A program made the position numbers and the translations under genes. Positions 12,977 through 27,400 of a stretch of DNA of 64,000 bases are shown in pieces. Numbering within the stretch: position 1 is the first letter of the stretch; every line of letters begins with the position of its first letter. The notes beneath the pieces are model-generated. The model had not been told where the DNA came from, did no database searches, and saw only the letters and a list, made by a program, of their open reading frames with translations. The DNA is from Paramecium tetraurelia (taxonomy: Eukaryota), in the NCBI GenBank assembly GCA_000165425.1, contig CT868653.1, forward strand, positions 186,001 through 250,000, written 5' to 3'.

Positions 12977-15900
12977 ATGGATGCCCTTACAAAAATTGTA
13001 GCAACAGGAGAGAGAGCAATATCTGAACTGAACAAATAATCATTAACATAATGGAATGGGGCGACCACAAGTACAATGAAATATGTATGGGATTGAATAT
13101 TTAGTAAAGATAATAGAACGGTTGAATCTTTGCTTTGATGAGATAAATTTTCATTTACAGAAGAAAGGCTTGAATGAGGAGGCTAATGTAATCTCAAAGC
13201 TCTACAATCATTACAATGTTTTGTTCCAAAAAGTAGAAGAGATAAATCAACGAAAACATTAGAATGCTCCAGAACTACCCATGGAGTATTGTTAAAGATC
13301 ATTGTCAACTAATGCAAGTTCAAAAACCATATTTGGTGGAGCTGAGATCTAAAGTTTTAGTATATTTTCTGCCCAGAAGTCTAAATTCATTTCTGCAGAA
13401 TAAGAATTCAGGAGTAACAAACCAAAGTTTAAGAAGAATGTTTAATCAAAGGGGACAGATACTGGCGAAGATGCTATGCGTTATTTAAATGTAGAATATT
13501 TGGGCGAAAAAGAGAGGGAATTGTAAAGAGCCAAAGAGGAAAATGAGATGAATCTTAGGGAAATAGAGAAGTTTCTGAAGCTTAAAGGACTGTGGAGTGA
13601 AATACATGCAAGCAATGCTCCTTATAAGTTATAAGATCTTGGTAAGACTTTAGAAAGAGAACTCTAACGAAATGAAATGTTTATTAATGAATAAATTAGA
13701 ATTGCTAATTAGGAGCCTGACTTCCCATCTAGAGATATGAAATAAGAAATAAAGGAGAGAGTTGTGGTTGGGGTTTAAAAATCAACTGCAGACAGGATAT
13801 TAAAATATGCAGAGAGAAAAATGAAGGAAGAATTTGAGAAATTTCAATTGAAGAAGAATTCAGGATTGTAGATGCACAAGAGGAAATCACAAAACATGTA
13901 AAGAATAGATGAATTGGAACATCTAATTAATACTAAGAATGAAGAAATCTTGGAGAAAGAATCAAAGATGTCAGCTTTGTTCTCTAAATTTGAAGAATAA
14001 GAGAAGAAATTAGTAAATTTGATGATTCAAATGGAATAAATTAAAGCTAATGAAAAACACAATAACACTTTTACTAGTAGTTAAGCCAATGAGAAATAGA
14101 GTCATGTTGAGATCTAAGTAAGTATGAGTGATCCTAAGATCTTCAAATTAGAATTGCAATTAAAAGAAATCGTTGAACAGAATTAGAATATGAAGGGAGA
14201 ATTATAAACCATGTACGAATAAGCAAAAAATGATAAATAGAAGGTTTTATTACAACCTTAATTAATTGAAGAAGTTCTGATGATGATTATTTAGAGTGAG
14301 TTGCAAGCTGAAGGCAAAATAGAATTATTACAAACATTTTTATAATATTTGATTGAAAATTCAGAGAATGATATTGCAAGAATGCCACCAAATGAGTTAT
14401 ATAGAACTGTGAGATAAAAGATGCAATATAATAATAATTCTAATAGGAATTTGGAAGAAGTCTTAGAGAAATTCGAAGAGATGCAAAGTGATAACGAAGA
14501 CTATTCTCCAAGTTCGATTAAGAAGACCAAAAAGAATAAAAATAAATAATAGAAATCTAAAAAACTAATATTAGAAAGAGCTGATTCTTAAGTTGAATAA
14601 TAGACATTTTCCCCAGAAAAATCTGAAAAATTTATTGGAGTTAAGAAATCTAAAAATAAATTTGAAGATTAATCAAATGAAAATTCTGAATCATAGATTA
14701 TAACAAATAATAACAACAATACTAATAATAATAGTAACAATAATAGTAATAATAATATAGATAGTAACTATTCCATCAGTATGTTTAAGAAAAAGCCTTT
14801 AAATAAGATTAGCGAAGAAAACAGTATTATATAAAAAAATTCACCAAGAAAATAAGATGTCAATAGCCCATAATCAGGTAGTAGAAATATCTTAAATAAT
14901 ACTTCAACATTTAAATAAAACTAATCTGATTAGAAGTAAAATAAAAATATTGTTAATTCCTCTTTCAATCAAAACTAATCATAATATTAATAATAATAAT
15001 AATAATAAAATAATCAACAACAGTAGTAAATTCAATTACAACCACCTAAAGAGTCAAGTAGATTCAGAACAGAACAATAAAAATAATTATCATCAGGTAG
15101 ATAGTAGGCAAATAAAAGTAGAGGATAAATTGATTAAAGCAATCAAAAATCTGTAATTTAATCCAATCATACACCGCAATATAAGACAGTAAGATAGATA
15201 AAACAAAGACATTCTATTAAAGATGAGTTTGGAGAGGTAGATTATGATGAAGTAGACGATGAAGTAGCAAACAGAGGAGTACAAGTGAATTTTGGAAATC
15301 TCTATATAAAAGCTTCGATGATAAATTCGTAGGATGATAATTCTAATATGATGGGATCCTAAATTGGATTCCAGACTCCTTTGATGAGATAAAGTTATAG
15401 GTAGTTGGAAGAAAAGGTCACTGCCAAATTCACTCAAACTGATGATTTTTTTATGTGGAATCTATTCTAAAAAATGTAGGTAGATCTTGGATTAACAGAG
15501 GAATAAATAAAAAAGTTGGAGCAAATCTTTTTGAATGAATAATAATTTATTCATTATTATGAGAAGACTCCATCTTAGAGATAAAAATCAAGGGCATCTA
15601 CTACTGTTTTAGCTGACTAAACAACCAAAGCCAAATAAGAGAAATACATTGAAAATACTATTAATGACAGTAAGATGACTACTATGATTCAATAGAAAAA
15701 TGAAACGACAGATTCAGAATAATAAATTAGAAGACCAACAATATCTATAATGAAAACCACTTAGCCTCCAAAGGGATTGGAATCTCCAATGAATTTAGTT
15801 GGAAGGCAAAAGAGTTAGGTATTGCTCTCTTATACAAATGAAAGCAGCATCATATAGCCTAATTAAGGCAGGAGTGTTAGTCAAACATCAGATGTTCATA

Positions 15901-16481
15901 TTATGAATTATGGAAGTGTTAGTACAGATACAATTGCTAAAAAGTAGAGATAAACGACGAGCCAAAAGATTTTGGAAGATATGCTAAAGAATAAGGCTGG
16001 ATTAACGTCTCCATTTGATATTGAAACAAAAGAATAAAAAGAATAGAAAATGTATTTCCATGTTTTTGGAGATGAAATGTAAACAGATGCTGATTTTGAA
16101 TTGGAAGCTGTGAGAGTCAATTTAGGAAAGCCCTTGGAAGTGATACAAGACCATTTGAAGGAAGATGCAATGAAAAAAATATATTAATAATTTGTAAATC
16201 GTCCTAAGAATCCTTGGTAAGATCAACTCTATATGATTATCTCTCAATTTGCCAATAAACCACCTTAAGCCATTTCTTACATAGATTTCAAAAAATATTA
16301 TGAAAATTACATGAGAGTATTTTATTCATTTCATATTTAGGTACATAAAAGATGTGGAGATGGTTGTATTCACATATAAAGATTTTTGGCTAGGGTAGGA
16401 TTTGGAATAAATTCAAAGAGAAAAGCATTGAATATGAGTAAATAAAGTGTTTCTCCATTTGAACTGCCAAAACTAAAATGA
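12977..16481 (+). CDS. Large coiled-coil / low-complexity protein with C-terminal H-x2-C-G-x2-C-x-H motif
   Basis: About 1,140-aa open code-6 frame, E/K/Q-rich heptads, poly-Asn and poly-Gln tracts. 34-nt intron 13071-13104 and intron 16317-16340; VHKRCGDGCIHIQRF near the end. Confidence 0.7.
14701..14760 (+). repeat. (AAT/AAC)n coding microsatellite, poly-Asn
   Basis: aataataacaacaatactaataataatagtaacaataatagtaataataat in frame within the 12977-16481 gene. Confidence 0.7.
14988..15008 (+). repeat. (TAA)7 coding microsatellite = poly-Gln in ciliate code
   Basis: Seven consecutive in-frame TAA codons followed by CAA/CAG/TAG codons in mid-gene. Confidence 0.7.
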
Positions 16482-16528
16482 ATGTTTTGATATGAACTCG
16501 TTATTATATTTAATTTAAATCTTAAGTA

Positions 16529-17011
16529 ATGTAATAATACACAAACAATTACGAATCAGTTGTCAGAACCTAAGTAGTTAGCGGATAAGACCAAAAACCA
16601 CTCAATTTGGGACTAACCGACGTTGAAGGAGCAAAGGTTTTATTATTATTCAAAACTAGGCTGTTGCCAGAAGACTCTTTGATACTTATGACAGAGACAG
16701 AAATGGATAGATTGATAATGTAGAGGTCGTACCAATGATAGTGGATGTCTATAAATCATTCAACAGAATCTTCTCACCAGCCAGAGGAGACATTGATTCA
16801 TTTTATAAGTTCAAAATTGATTATTACAATTAGGGTTTTGGATAGAAATCAAGATGGCAAAATCACATATCAAGACTTGGAAGATTTATGCATTAGATAT
16901 TTGACCAATTAAACTCCAACAAATTTGAGAGCATCAGAAGCCCCTCGTTAAAGTGGAATCTAATAAACATCATAAACAGTCACATCATCCTACAGAAGAA
17001 CCCAGTATTGA
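16529..17011 (+). CDS. EF-hand Ca2+-binding protein, TCBP-23/25 (PCBP-25)-like, single lobe
   Basis: TDVEGAKAVARRLFDTYDRDRNGQIDNVEVVPMIVDVYKSFN...VLDRNQDGKITYQDLEDLCIRYL: two canonical EF loops; two short introns. Confidence 0.85.
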
Positions 17012-17515
17012 TTGTGATTCTTAATAAAACATAAATATTATATAATCTACGTGCCTGTTATTATGAATTCCATTTTATTTCTTTTTCATTTGATAAGGAT
17101 TGAAGGTTGTGTTTATTGGTTAATAAATAAGATTAGTGAAGGAGCTTTGAATTCTACTTAATAGGTGCATTGAAACATATTCTCATTCTGATAAAATGAA
17201 AATTAAATCAGTATTTTCAATTAATAATTATTTCACTATGTTATGTTGATCATTAGTCAAAGGATAATTAAATGCTAAATTATGAGAATTGAGATTTTGA
17301 ATTTATTATATAATCATTGTTACATCCTCTATACGATATTGATTTACTTATAATTTCCTAATAAATTGTAGTATTTAAAATGGTGATTACTGTATAACTT
17401 TATCTCTTAGAAGTTCAATTAGAATTATCTTTTTATAATAATAAAATAACCTTTTGTTATTTGAAGTTGTAGAAATAATTATATATATTTGTGAATACAA
17501 CTTTATTATTTTATT

Positions 17516-19503
17516 ATGAGTTATTAAAAAATAGAAGGAGCTGAGGAGATTGATGAGTTTAATATTGTACAAGTGAAGAAAAAAATAAAGAAGCCAAAAT
17601 AAATAGTTGCATAGCCTAAGGTGACATAACCTGTACCTGTATAATCTTCTGAGACGGTAGGTCCTGATGCTTCAAAACCATAATAAACATTATTGGATAT
17701 TATTTTGGACAATCTACCTTAGAGTGAATTATATGAAAGGTCTTTGATGCATAGAGAAAATATCAACATTGTATTATCTGCATTTAAGTCCCACATAATT
17801 ATCACAGTGTCTACAGATGGACATATTAAAATGTGGAGAAAAGTGTTTAGATTGGTTGAATTCATTAAGCACTTTAGAGCACACACTGGAATAGTTCACT
17901 TGTGCAACATTGTCTGATGGACATGACAAGATGGCAAGTGTGTCTCCTGCTGATCGAACAATCAAGATTTTTGATATATTGAACTAAGATTTATTGGATA
18001 TGATAAAACTTCCATTTCAACCATATGGATGTGAGTTTGTAGACACAGCGGATGTTCAATAATAGTTATTATTAATCAGTGATGGTAATAGTGGGGATAT
18101 TTATGTTACTGAAAGTGGTAAAATATTGCGAATGGTAAAAATGCATACTCAACCTGTTAAACAAATGAAATATCTGAGTCATTTTCAATTCATGTTAACA
18201 ATCGATACAACTGGTAGAATGGAAGTCTGGGATCCCATTACTTAAGACTTTCCAAAATAAGCATATGCTAAACCTTAATTCAAGATTCAATACTCAAGTA
18301 AATTGGGCACTGATCTATATGAACTGATGCAGCATAAATTATAATGTTTTGGATTATGTGTGAGTAACAAACAGAAACTAATTGTCTTGTATGTTTCAGA
18401 CAAGAAATTAAGAGTATTTAATATTCAAACAGGAAAGATTATTCTAGTATTGGATGAGTCGATCGAAGCTATTACAAATAGATAAAATGATCAAGCAACC
18501 TATCCCATATTACACATTGAATAATAAGATTTTGAAAGAAGACTGCTAATTGAAAAGGACATCGATAAATAGCCTGAATAATTAAAATAAATTACTATGA
18601 CCTTTGATGAGACCGATTCAATATTGATATACCCTACTTTTATTGGAATCAAGTTCATCCACATCTAGACAGGGGAGCTGGTGAAACTTTTAGGGAAGAT
18701 GGAAAGTAGTTCAAGATTCATGCGTGTTGCATTGTATCAAGGACCTGCAATGAAGAATACTTAAAATGAATAGTCTCATAGTTCATTAAACAGAAAAGAA
18801 ACTGATCCATCTTTGTATATAAGTGCTCATAAATCTAACAAATTCTATGTGTTCTCTCGTAGAATCCCAGAAGATTTGGCAGATAAACCATGGGCTGTAG
18901 CCAGAGACGTATTGAATGAGCCCTTGAATATGATTCAGCAAAGCATTAGTGTCATGTCTGACAATAAAAATAAAGTACATTTTACTTATATTTTTAGACC
19001 TTATCTGGTTGCTAAGCTATCATTTAGACGACGTTTGGTGAAATCTATATCAATTTATTTCCAAATGAAACACCTAAGACAGTTGAAAATTTTATCTAGC
19101 ACTCTAAAAATGGGTATTACGATGGTTTGATCTTCCATCGAGTTTAATAAGGATTTATGATACAGACTGGTTGTCCGAAAGGAAATGGAACTGGAGGAGA
19201 ATCCATTTGGGGAGGGGAATTCTAAGATGAATTTCATCCAGAATTAAGACATGACAAACCATTTACAGTTAGTATGGCCAATGCAGGTCCTAATTCCAAT
19301 ACGAGTTAATTTTTCATAACTGTTTGTCCTACTCCTTGGTTGGATGATAAAGTATGATATTATGTTGATGTTTAAAATAGCATACAATTTTCGGCAGAGT
19401 GTATAAAGGAATGAATATTGTAGTTTAGATTAGTGAAGTAGAAACTGATGATTTCGATAAACCACTTAATGATATAAAAATAATAGCTATAAAGATTTTA
19501 TGA
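17516..19503 (+). CDS. PPWD1: WD40-repeat cyclophilin (peptidyl-prolyl isomerase)
   Basis: LPQSELYERSLMHR, WD40 repeats (VSTDGHIKMWRK, VSPADRTIKIFD), RDVLNE, then cyclophilin PKTVENF..YYDGLIFHRV..FMIQTG..GTGGESIWGGEF..SMANAGPNSNTSQFFIT..PWLDDKHTIFGRV. Confidence 0.93.
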
Positions 19504-19629
19504 ATGTGATTTATATTTATACAATAATATATATATAAAATTGTATTAATGCAATTAAATTGTATCTACTATTAATAATGATGTTTAAATCTAGAATTTT
19601 ATGTAAATAAAATTATTTAATTAATTAAA

Positions 19630-21249
19630 ATGAATTATAATTATCCAAATATTCGCATACTTATGGTTGGTGTGGGTGGTATTGGATGTGAGATTCTGAA
19701 AATTGTCAGCAAATTCACTTTCCAAGAATTTCACATAATCGACATGGACACTATTGAAGTCAGCAATCTTAATCGATAATTCTTGTTCAGATTAGAGCAT
19801 AGAGGTTAATCAAAGTCTCTGGTTGCAGCTGAGACCATGAAGAATATGGCACCATAATTAAAGATTATTGCTCACTTTGCTGCCATCAACTCTCCTGGGT
19901 ACACAATGGATTTCTTTCGATAATTTGATGCTGTGATCATGGCATTGGATAATGCAGAAACTAGATCTTATGTGAATAAGGTGTGTCAGGCCTTAGGAAT
20001 ATTCATAGTAGATGCTGGATCCATGGGATTTAAGGGCTAGGCAAATGCTTATTATTAAGGAACAGTGTGTTATGATTGTTATCCAATTGCCACTACTCAG
20101 AAGTAATATCCAGCATGCACCATTCGTTCATAGCCTAGTAATTGTACTCATTGTGTAATTTGGGCGAAATACCTATTTACCTAACTATTTTCAGGAGAGG
20201 TTGGAATTTTGGAGGTTGAGGGATTTGATAAGAGCCAGCCAAATTCAGTTTTTAATAAATTCTTCAAAGGAGAAGAAATGCCTAATTCTATTGACATTGT
20301 GGAGCATGAACTTATTAAGAAGTATCACTTTGCAGAAAGGAAAGAGACTCTTGAAGAATTGTAAGGCATGTGGTTTTATGCATATGATGAACTCAATCAC
20401 TTGGGATAATTGTAATATGATAAAGATGACGACCTTCATGTCTTATTCATTTATGCAAGTACTGCTTTGAGATGTAGGAATTTTAAGATCGAACAGTATG
20501 ACTATCAATAGATTAAGTCTATCAGTGGCAATATCATTCACGCCATTGCCTCTACAAACTCTATTGTTGCAGCCCTAGAAATATAGAGATTGCTGAGTTT
20601 CATTGAAAATCATGATAAGGCAAAGTATTATCAAGATCTAAATGCTGCCTCCTACGTTTAAACAGGAAAAAAAGAAAGAATTCTAACTCTTAAAGCTGCC
20701 GGTCCTAATCCCTTGTGTAATTCTTGTTTTCATAATCAAATATACTCTAAGGTTGATTTCTAAGTTGTAAAAGTAGTGGATTTAGTAAATTAACTTAAGA
20801 ATTATCTGAATTCTGAGATCAATATCGTTTCTCTGTCTCGTATCATATGGGATGATGAAGATGAGGACGATAACTCAGCAATCAGAGACAAAAAATTAAA
20901 TGAATTGTTTAAACTAGATCTAGATAATAGATTGGTAATTAAATCAATCGAGGAAAAATTCTTAGCTGTGTTTTGGTTGTAACATCTGGCTGGTTAGGCT
21001 GAGATCTAGTTTGCTTCCACAAAAATATCAGATAAATTGCTTAAGTTTAAGAATCCTTTGTAACATAAAAAAAAGGAGAGAGTTAGAACATAGTAGGAGA
21101 TTAAGGAGTTAAAAGAAACAGAGGTTATGCCCATTAAAAACCCAGAAAAATTTTAAACAGCAGCTTAGAAGTCTACAGAAATCCTTATTGATGAAGAACC
21201 AATTGAATAAGCAGAACAAAACAAAAAGGTTGAATTAGTAATTGATTGA
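19630..21249 (+). CDS. UBA2: SUMO-activating enzyme subunit 2 (E1 catalytic subunit)
   Basis: [69 protein letters not shown] (catalytic Cys), [25 protein letters not shown]. Confidence 0.92.
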
Positions 21250-21416
21250 TTTGTTGTTTAATTTATTTGAAATTTAAATAATATTATTATGTTGCAGAAA
21301 AGCAAAACTTAAAAAATGAATTATTTTGAAATATACTTTTCCTTAATAAAAAATAATTCATTATATTTTTCGGGGAAAAAAACTAAAATAATTTAATATT
21401 AAATATTCATTTAACA

Positions 21417-24400
21417 ATGATAGCTATTGTGTTATTACTGTAGAGATTCTTTTTATTGTCTGCTTATTACATCATTGGTATGAATGAGGATTCTTAGATA
21501 TAAACATACTCATTAGATTTAAACATTTAAAATTATGGAATAGATTCCTGTTTTTCCTATGGCTTATGGAGCAGATATTCTCCACTAGGATCAATACTTT
21601 AGGTTGGACAATTCGGCTTATTTGATAGTAATTGTTATCATCTTCATAATGCTGCTTAACAATCCACCTACGATTTGAATTTAATTGTATATGACTGCCT
21701 CAACTATGAAAGCTAAAAGATTTTAAGAAGAATTCAATTCGTTACTCCCGATAAGAGCTGGCACTTATTTGAAGTAGAACTTGATATTCTACATTATGAA
21801 TATGTCTGGCATTATTTTGAGATTACTCAGTGGCCATAAAGAAATAGGTTTGAGCTATTAGTCATTAAATATCCAGAAACTAAACTACATATAGTGCAAG
21901 AAGATTTTTAGTTTCCTTTCAAAGACACATAATTGCTTCTCACATTTGGAGGAGGATTGCAAATATCATAATCAAATACTAATTAGCTTTTATAAGAAAT
22001 ATCAAAATTTTCATATTTCCCAGGAAAATTTTATTTGTATCCTTTATCAATAGGGAATATGGGGATAACTAGAAATGCTGCCCTCGTTGCATTAAGTGGA
22101 ATTTAGTTTAGAGCATCCTGTTTATGCAGTTACAATTAGTTGATAGGTATACCAAACAAAGAATTAACTTGGTTAGATAATGTCATATTTCCTTCTTAAA
22201 ACTCTAATTGTAATTCATATTTGCTATCAACTTGGATCAGAATTTAAAATATTTATCAATCGTCTCCAGAATTTTTATATTAAGTCTTAAAATTGTCTGC
22301 TAACTTTGAAAATCCTAAATTAGTTAATAGTAATTTAGCTACCTTCTAATTATTCTATAAGATAACATCATCAAAAAATTAATTGATTGTAACTACTTAC
22401 AGTTATAAATTTCCTATTGTTTCTATCAATTTTTAGGGAGATCCCTTCTTAATCACAAAGGAGTTCGATCTTCATCACAATATGAAACTTTGGCATAATG
22501 TTTTAGTGATATTAAAAGATAATACATTGAGTATACAAATCATTTTTTACGAGGGATTTCAAATTTACGAATATAATTATGAATTGTAAGTAAACTAATT
22601 TAATATTGTCAAATTCAAATTATAATATGGAAATGTGCAATAGTTAGTTCATGACTACCTTTCTGTTCAATTTTTAAATTCCTACTTTTTCAATTGTGTA
22701 GGATTTATATTATTGCCTCAACTGAGTTGTCATGAGAGTTGTTTAGAATGCGATGGTCCAACTAGTACAGATTGTTTATCCTGTCCTAGCAATTCAAATC
22801 GTATTTATATTGCTGAATAAAAGTCTTGCGTATGTCCATATTATAGAGTTGATGATAGTGATTGCAAAGATTATTAAAATTATAATTTTGTACTTGTCAA
22901 AGAAGATGTGAAAGATAATAAATGTCTTGAAGGATACTTTTAATATGAAGGAGGTTGTATCAAATGGTAATTTAAATCTTAATATTAGTCCGTCATTAAT
23001 AACCAGTACAAGCATAACATGTTTAGAATGTGTTTATTAGCCTCAGACTTGGGCAACTAATTCTTTTTGTTAAACAACTCTATATAATGATATTAAAGGA
23101 AGTGTATCTTAGTTAAAATAAACCAAGTCTTAATATTATATATTTGATGGGGATGCTCTTGAAATACGATATTATACCAATTCAAAACTAATTGATGAAG
23201 AAATCAAAGATGATTTTGAATTGGCTTCGATGAATTTCAAGAACTTTTGCTTTCAGGCTCAAACATTTGCAGTAGTTTGGAGAAGTGAGAAAGAATGTTA
23301 TCAATGCTCTATAAAAGACTGCAAAAAATGTATAATCACTGCGTAGAGATCAGTTTGTTTAGAATGTGATTATTACTCCTAACTTATGGATGGAATATGC
23401 GTAAAATCATCTTTGGTTGGGCCAATCAATATTAATAATTGCTTATCTCCTAATTATTATAGTTCAACTTATGAGTGCAAACCTTGTAATATTAAATATT
23501 GCAAATACTGTTTTGAGTTTTTAAGTAATGATTTAACAAAATGCACCTTATATCGGGACTATAAGTCATTTAATATAGATGAGTATCACTAGGTGGGTTG
23601 TGCTTTGTGTAATGACGATTTTATTTATGATTTTACTTCTGGTAAATGTAAATATGAAAAACAAAAAATAGATAAATGTCTTCGATCTTATATTAACTTA
23701 TAAGGATAAGAAATTTGCACTCTATCAAAAGTAGATGATTTTCACATTGCTCCTGAAATCATCAATTGTTAAAGCTATATTTAAAATTGTAAATAATGTT
23801 TAATGACTCCATAAAAAGTAATCAGGTGCATTTTGTGTGAAGATGGTTACACAACTTCAATAACCACTGGATTATGCTACAAATGCTCGATTAAGAATGC
23901 TAGAATTTGTATTGAAGGGGATTATTAGGTGAGGGATTAATGGGTGTAAGTAATCTAAAGCTTTTTAATCTAATTTTTACCTAATCAGTATATGTATCCA
24001 AAACCTGACCAATAGCGACTCATAAATGAAATGCCATACGAATGCTATAAAGGCTTTTAGCTTGATCCCTTAAATAATTGTATCTAATATTGTGATTCTA
24101 ATTGTTTATCGTGCGTTTTGACTGAAGTGTACCCATATAAATTTTATTGTAATGAATGTCCTCTAGATTATTATTAATTGCCATTAAGATCATCTGAAAT
24201 TGGTAAATGTATTTAATGTCCTCAATTATGTTCAGTTTGCTAATCCAGAACTGATGAGGAAATCAAAGTATCAATATATATAATTTAAGATGATCAACCC
24301 TTATTATGTTTTGAATGAGAATACAATTCTTTATACTTTGAAATGCCTTTTAAAAGCTGAAGATGATAATATAGTTATTGATCCTTATACCAATATTGCT

Positions 24401-27400
24401 AAATATTGCTATTAATCTATTTGCACAGATGTCGTTTAATATCAAGTAATTATCCTAAATAAATTAGCTTTATGTTGATTGCTTAAATGTGCAAGATGTA
24501 TTGAATAAGAACAAATAAGCATTCTACCAGAATAACATAAATATTGGCTATTGCAATAAATTAGGTGTTTAGAAAATAATAATATACATGAAAATTATGA
24601 TCAAACCTGGGATCATCTGTAATTTACCAGGTTCAATTGATATCTATAATGATCTGAGATAGAGAATTTATACACTTCAAGAAGTTTAACTTATAATGGA
24701 AGGATAAGATAGAGGTGGCATAAATGTGCCACTCAATATAATGAATTTTAACAGGGTTGAATTTATCAACGTGAATTTAGAAATAAAGAAGATATAATAA
24801 TTGAAAATAGACAATAATTCTAACCAAATCAGCTTAATCATCAAGAATTCAATTATATTTGGATACATAACTTAAATTCAAAAATACTCTATAAATTTAA
24901 CCAAATGCGGAGATTTGATCATTTAAAATCTTTAGTTATCAAACTTAAATCTTATAAATTCCACGCTTTTCAATTACATTTCTATAAATCCAGAAAGCAA
25001 AATTTCTATTTCAAATTTAACAATATATGCCTCCATTTTTAATAACAGTTTTTTATTTATTTTTTCAAACCTAACTCAGAACATTTAGATTACTAATATT
25101 TCAATAGTAGGTTGCTAATTTTATAATTCTCCCATATTTTCGTTTAATTCAATCTCTCCAAATATATAGTTATAACTAGATATTAATGGTTTCGAATTGC
25201 AAAAAAGCATATTTATTGCCTCAAACCTAATTGTAGCATCAAATGGGATTTAAGTTAATCTTAATTACTTGTAAATTTATTAAAACTAATTTACTAACTC
25301 GACTTTGCTAGGTTTAAGTTAAAATTTAGTCCTTTATAACACATTGTTAAGGGAAAACCTATTTATTAACTCATTATTTTTATATATAACTGAAATAGAA
25401 GGATAATCCAAAACTATTTATATTTATAACTTTAGTGTTATTTCTAATTCAATTTAAACTTCATCCATAATTAACACCAAATAATATATCAATAACGCTT
25501 TTACAAAATTTTAGATTATTAATTTGCTAATGAGAGATAATTACAACAATTAATATTCTGGATTGTATCTATTTAATTTAAATTGCTATTCACTAATAAT
25601 CAAAGGCTGCTTAATTATTAATTCTATTAATCTAAATCATTTTAAATTATTTGAGATATAATCAATAATTATTGAAAATATAATCTACTTAAATATCTAA
25701 TAAAATTATAAAGTACCTTTGTCTTTGGAATGTATTGATCAAAAAGAATAAAATCCTTAATTATTTTATATTTCCGGATTCTCTAAGCTTTTAATCCAAA
25801 AAATTAGAATTAAAAATTAATTTAGCATTGATTATAGTCTTATACACATACTTTCAAATATTTTGTATTCACCTACTATTAAAGAAGTAATTGAGATCAA
25901 AGATGCCATATTTGAAGGAAATATATTACTCAAGTAAAATCTAGGAATTATAATTTCGTAAATATCAATATATTCTGAAAAATTCTAAGAAATCACCTTT
26001 GAAAATATTGTTTTTTAGGAAGGATTTTTCAATGAATAAATCGATGATCCATCTTAAAACTCAGCTGGACTTATATTCCTCAATTCTTAACAAAGCTCTG
26101 TGATTATCAATAATCTAACATGTCAATCAAATGCAGTAACTAATTCTTCTAATTCCTTTATTTACATCAACTCAAATTCTGTTTAAATAAAAAACATTAC
26201 AATCAAAAATCATAACTCTTTAAACTCAACTATTTGGAAGAAATACTATGAGATTCCTCTGTAACATTAAAACAATTCAGATTAAACTATCTATATTGTC
26301 TAATCTATATTTAAATTTTAAAATAAAGGAGGAATAATTTCGATAACATCTTCAAATATAGTTATTACTTCAGGTCAATTTGATTAGATATAGGCTTAAA
26401 GCAGTTCGATCTTTGATATTAGAACTTAAGGTTAAGGAGTAGTTCATTTCGATTCACTTTCTATTAGCTAAGCAGAAGTTGATCTTTAATCACCCACGGA
26501 GATGCAAGGTTGTATTAGTATATACTCAAGAAACAGCCTGCTTAATCTAATAGTTTAGAATGTTAAGTTTAAGAACATCTTTAACAGATTAAGTTCATCG
26601 GTTTTATCCATCACTCCATCCCAAAAATTTAATAAAATTGATATTCAGAATGTGATATTAGAGAGTTGCTTATCATTAACTAATCAATTTGTGAAAATTG
26701 AATTTTCTTAATTTGATTACAATTTAGTATCCATCTAAAATTTATAGATTTATCAGTCTGATTAAGATTGGATAGAATATTTTAATAAAATAGATCCGAT
26801 TAGTTTGAGTGAAATAAATAAAGTTCCTATTGATAATGCTATTATAAATTTAAGTGGATGTCAACTTATTATTAAGGGTTTAATATCTGAAGGAACATTT
26901 ATATCTCCAATTTTTAAAATTTCTGATTCTTAAAAAATACAAATAAAAGATTGTAAAATTAATTCAGTTTAGACATTTTTTACATTTAGTATATTATAAT
27001 TTATTTAGACTAAAACCTAAAAGTCTTCTATTTTTCTAGAAGAATTCGTATTAAAAAATATAACTTTATTTTAAAAAAGTAATGAATAAGAAATACCATA
27101 GAAAGCATCTTAGAATAAATATACTGCAAATAAATGTGCTATTTATATAAGTGCTCCAATAACTTAAATCACATCAACGTATTCCTTCTAATAAATTTTA
27201 TAATATTTAAATGAAAATATATCATCAACTGGATCTTTAATTTCATTATAAAGTGTTTCAAGTGAAAATGTTATTAATCTTCTAAACTTTTTCATAAGTT
27301 CTAACAAATTTTCAGAAAAACTGAATGGACTAATTAATTTTGATCTATTAGGATTTTAAGAACTAAGACTAACTGAAGTTAATTGTTTTAAAAATTTAAT

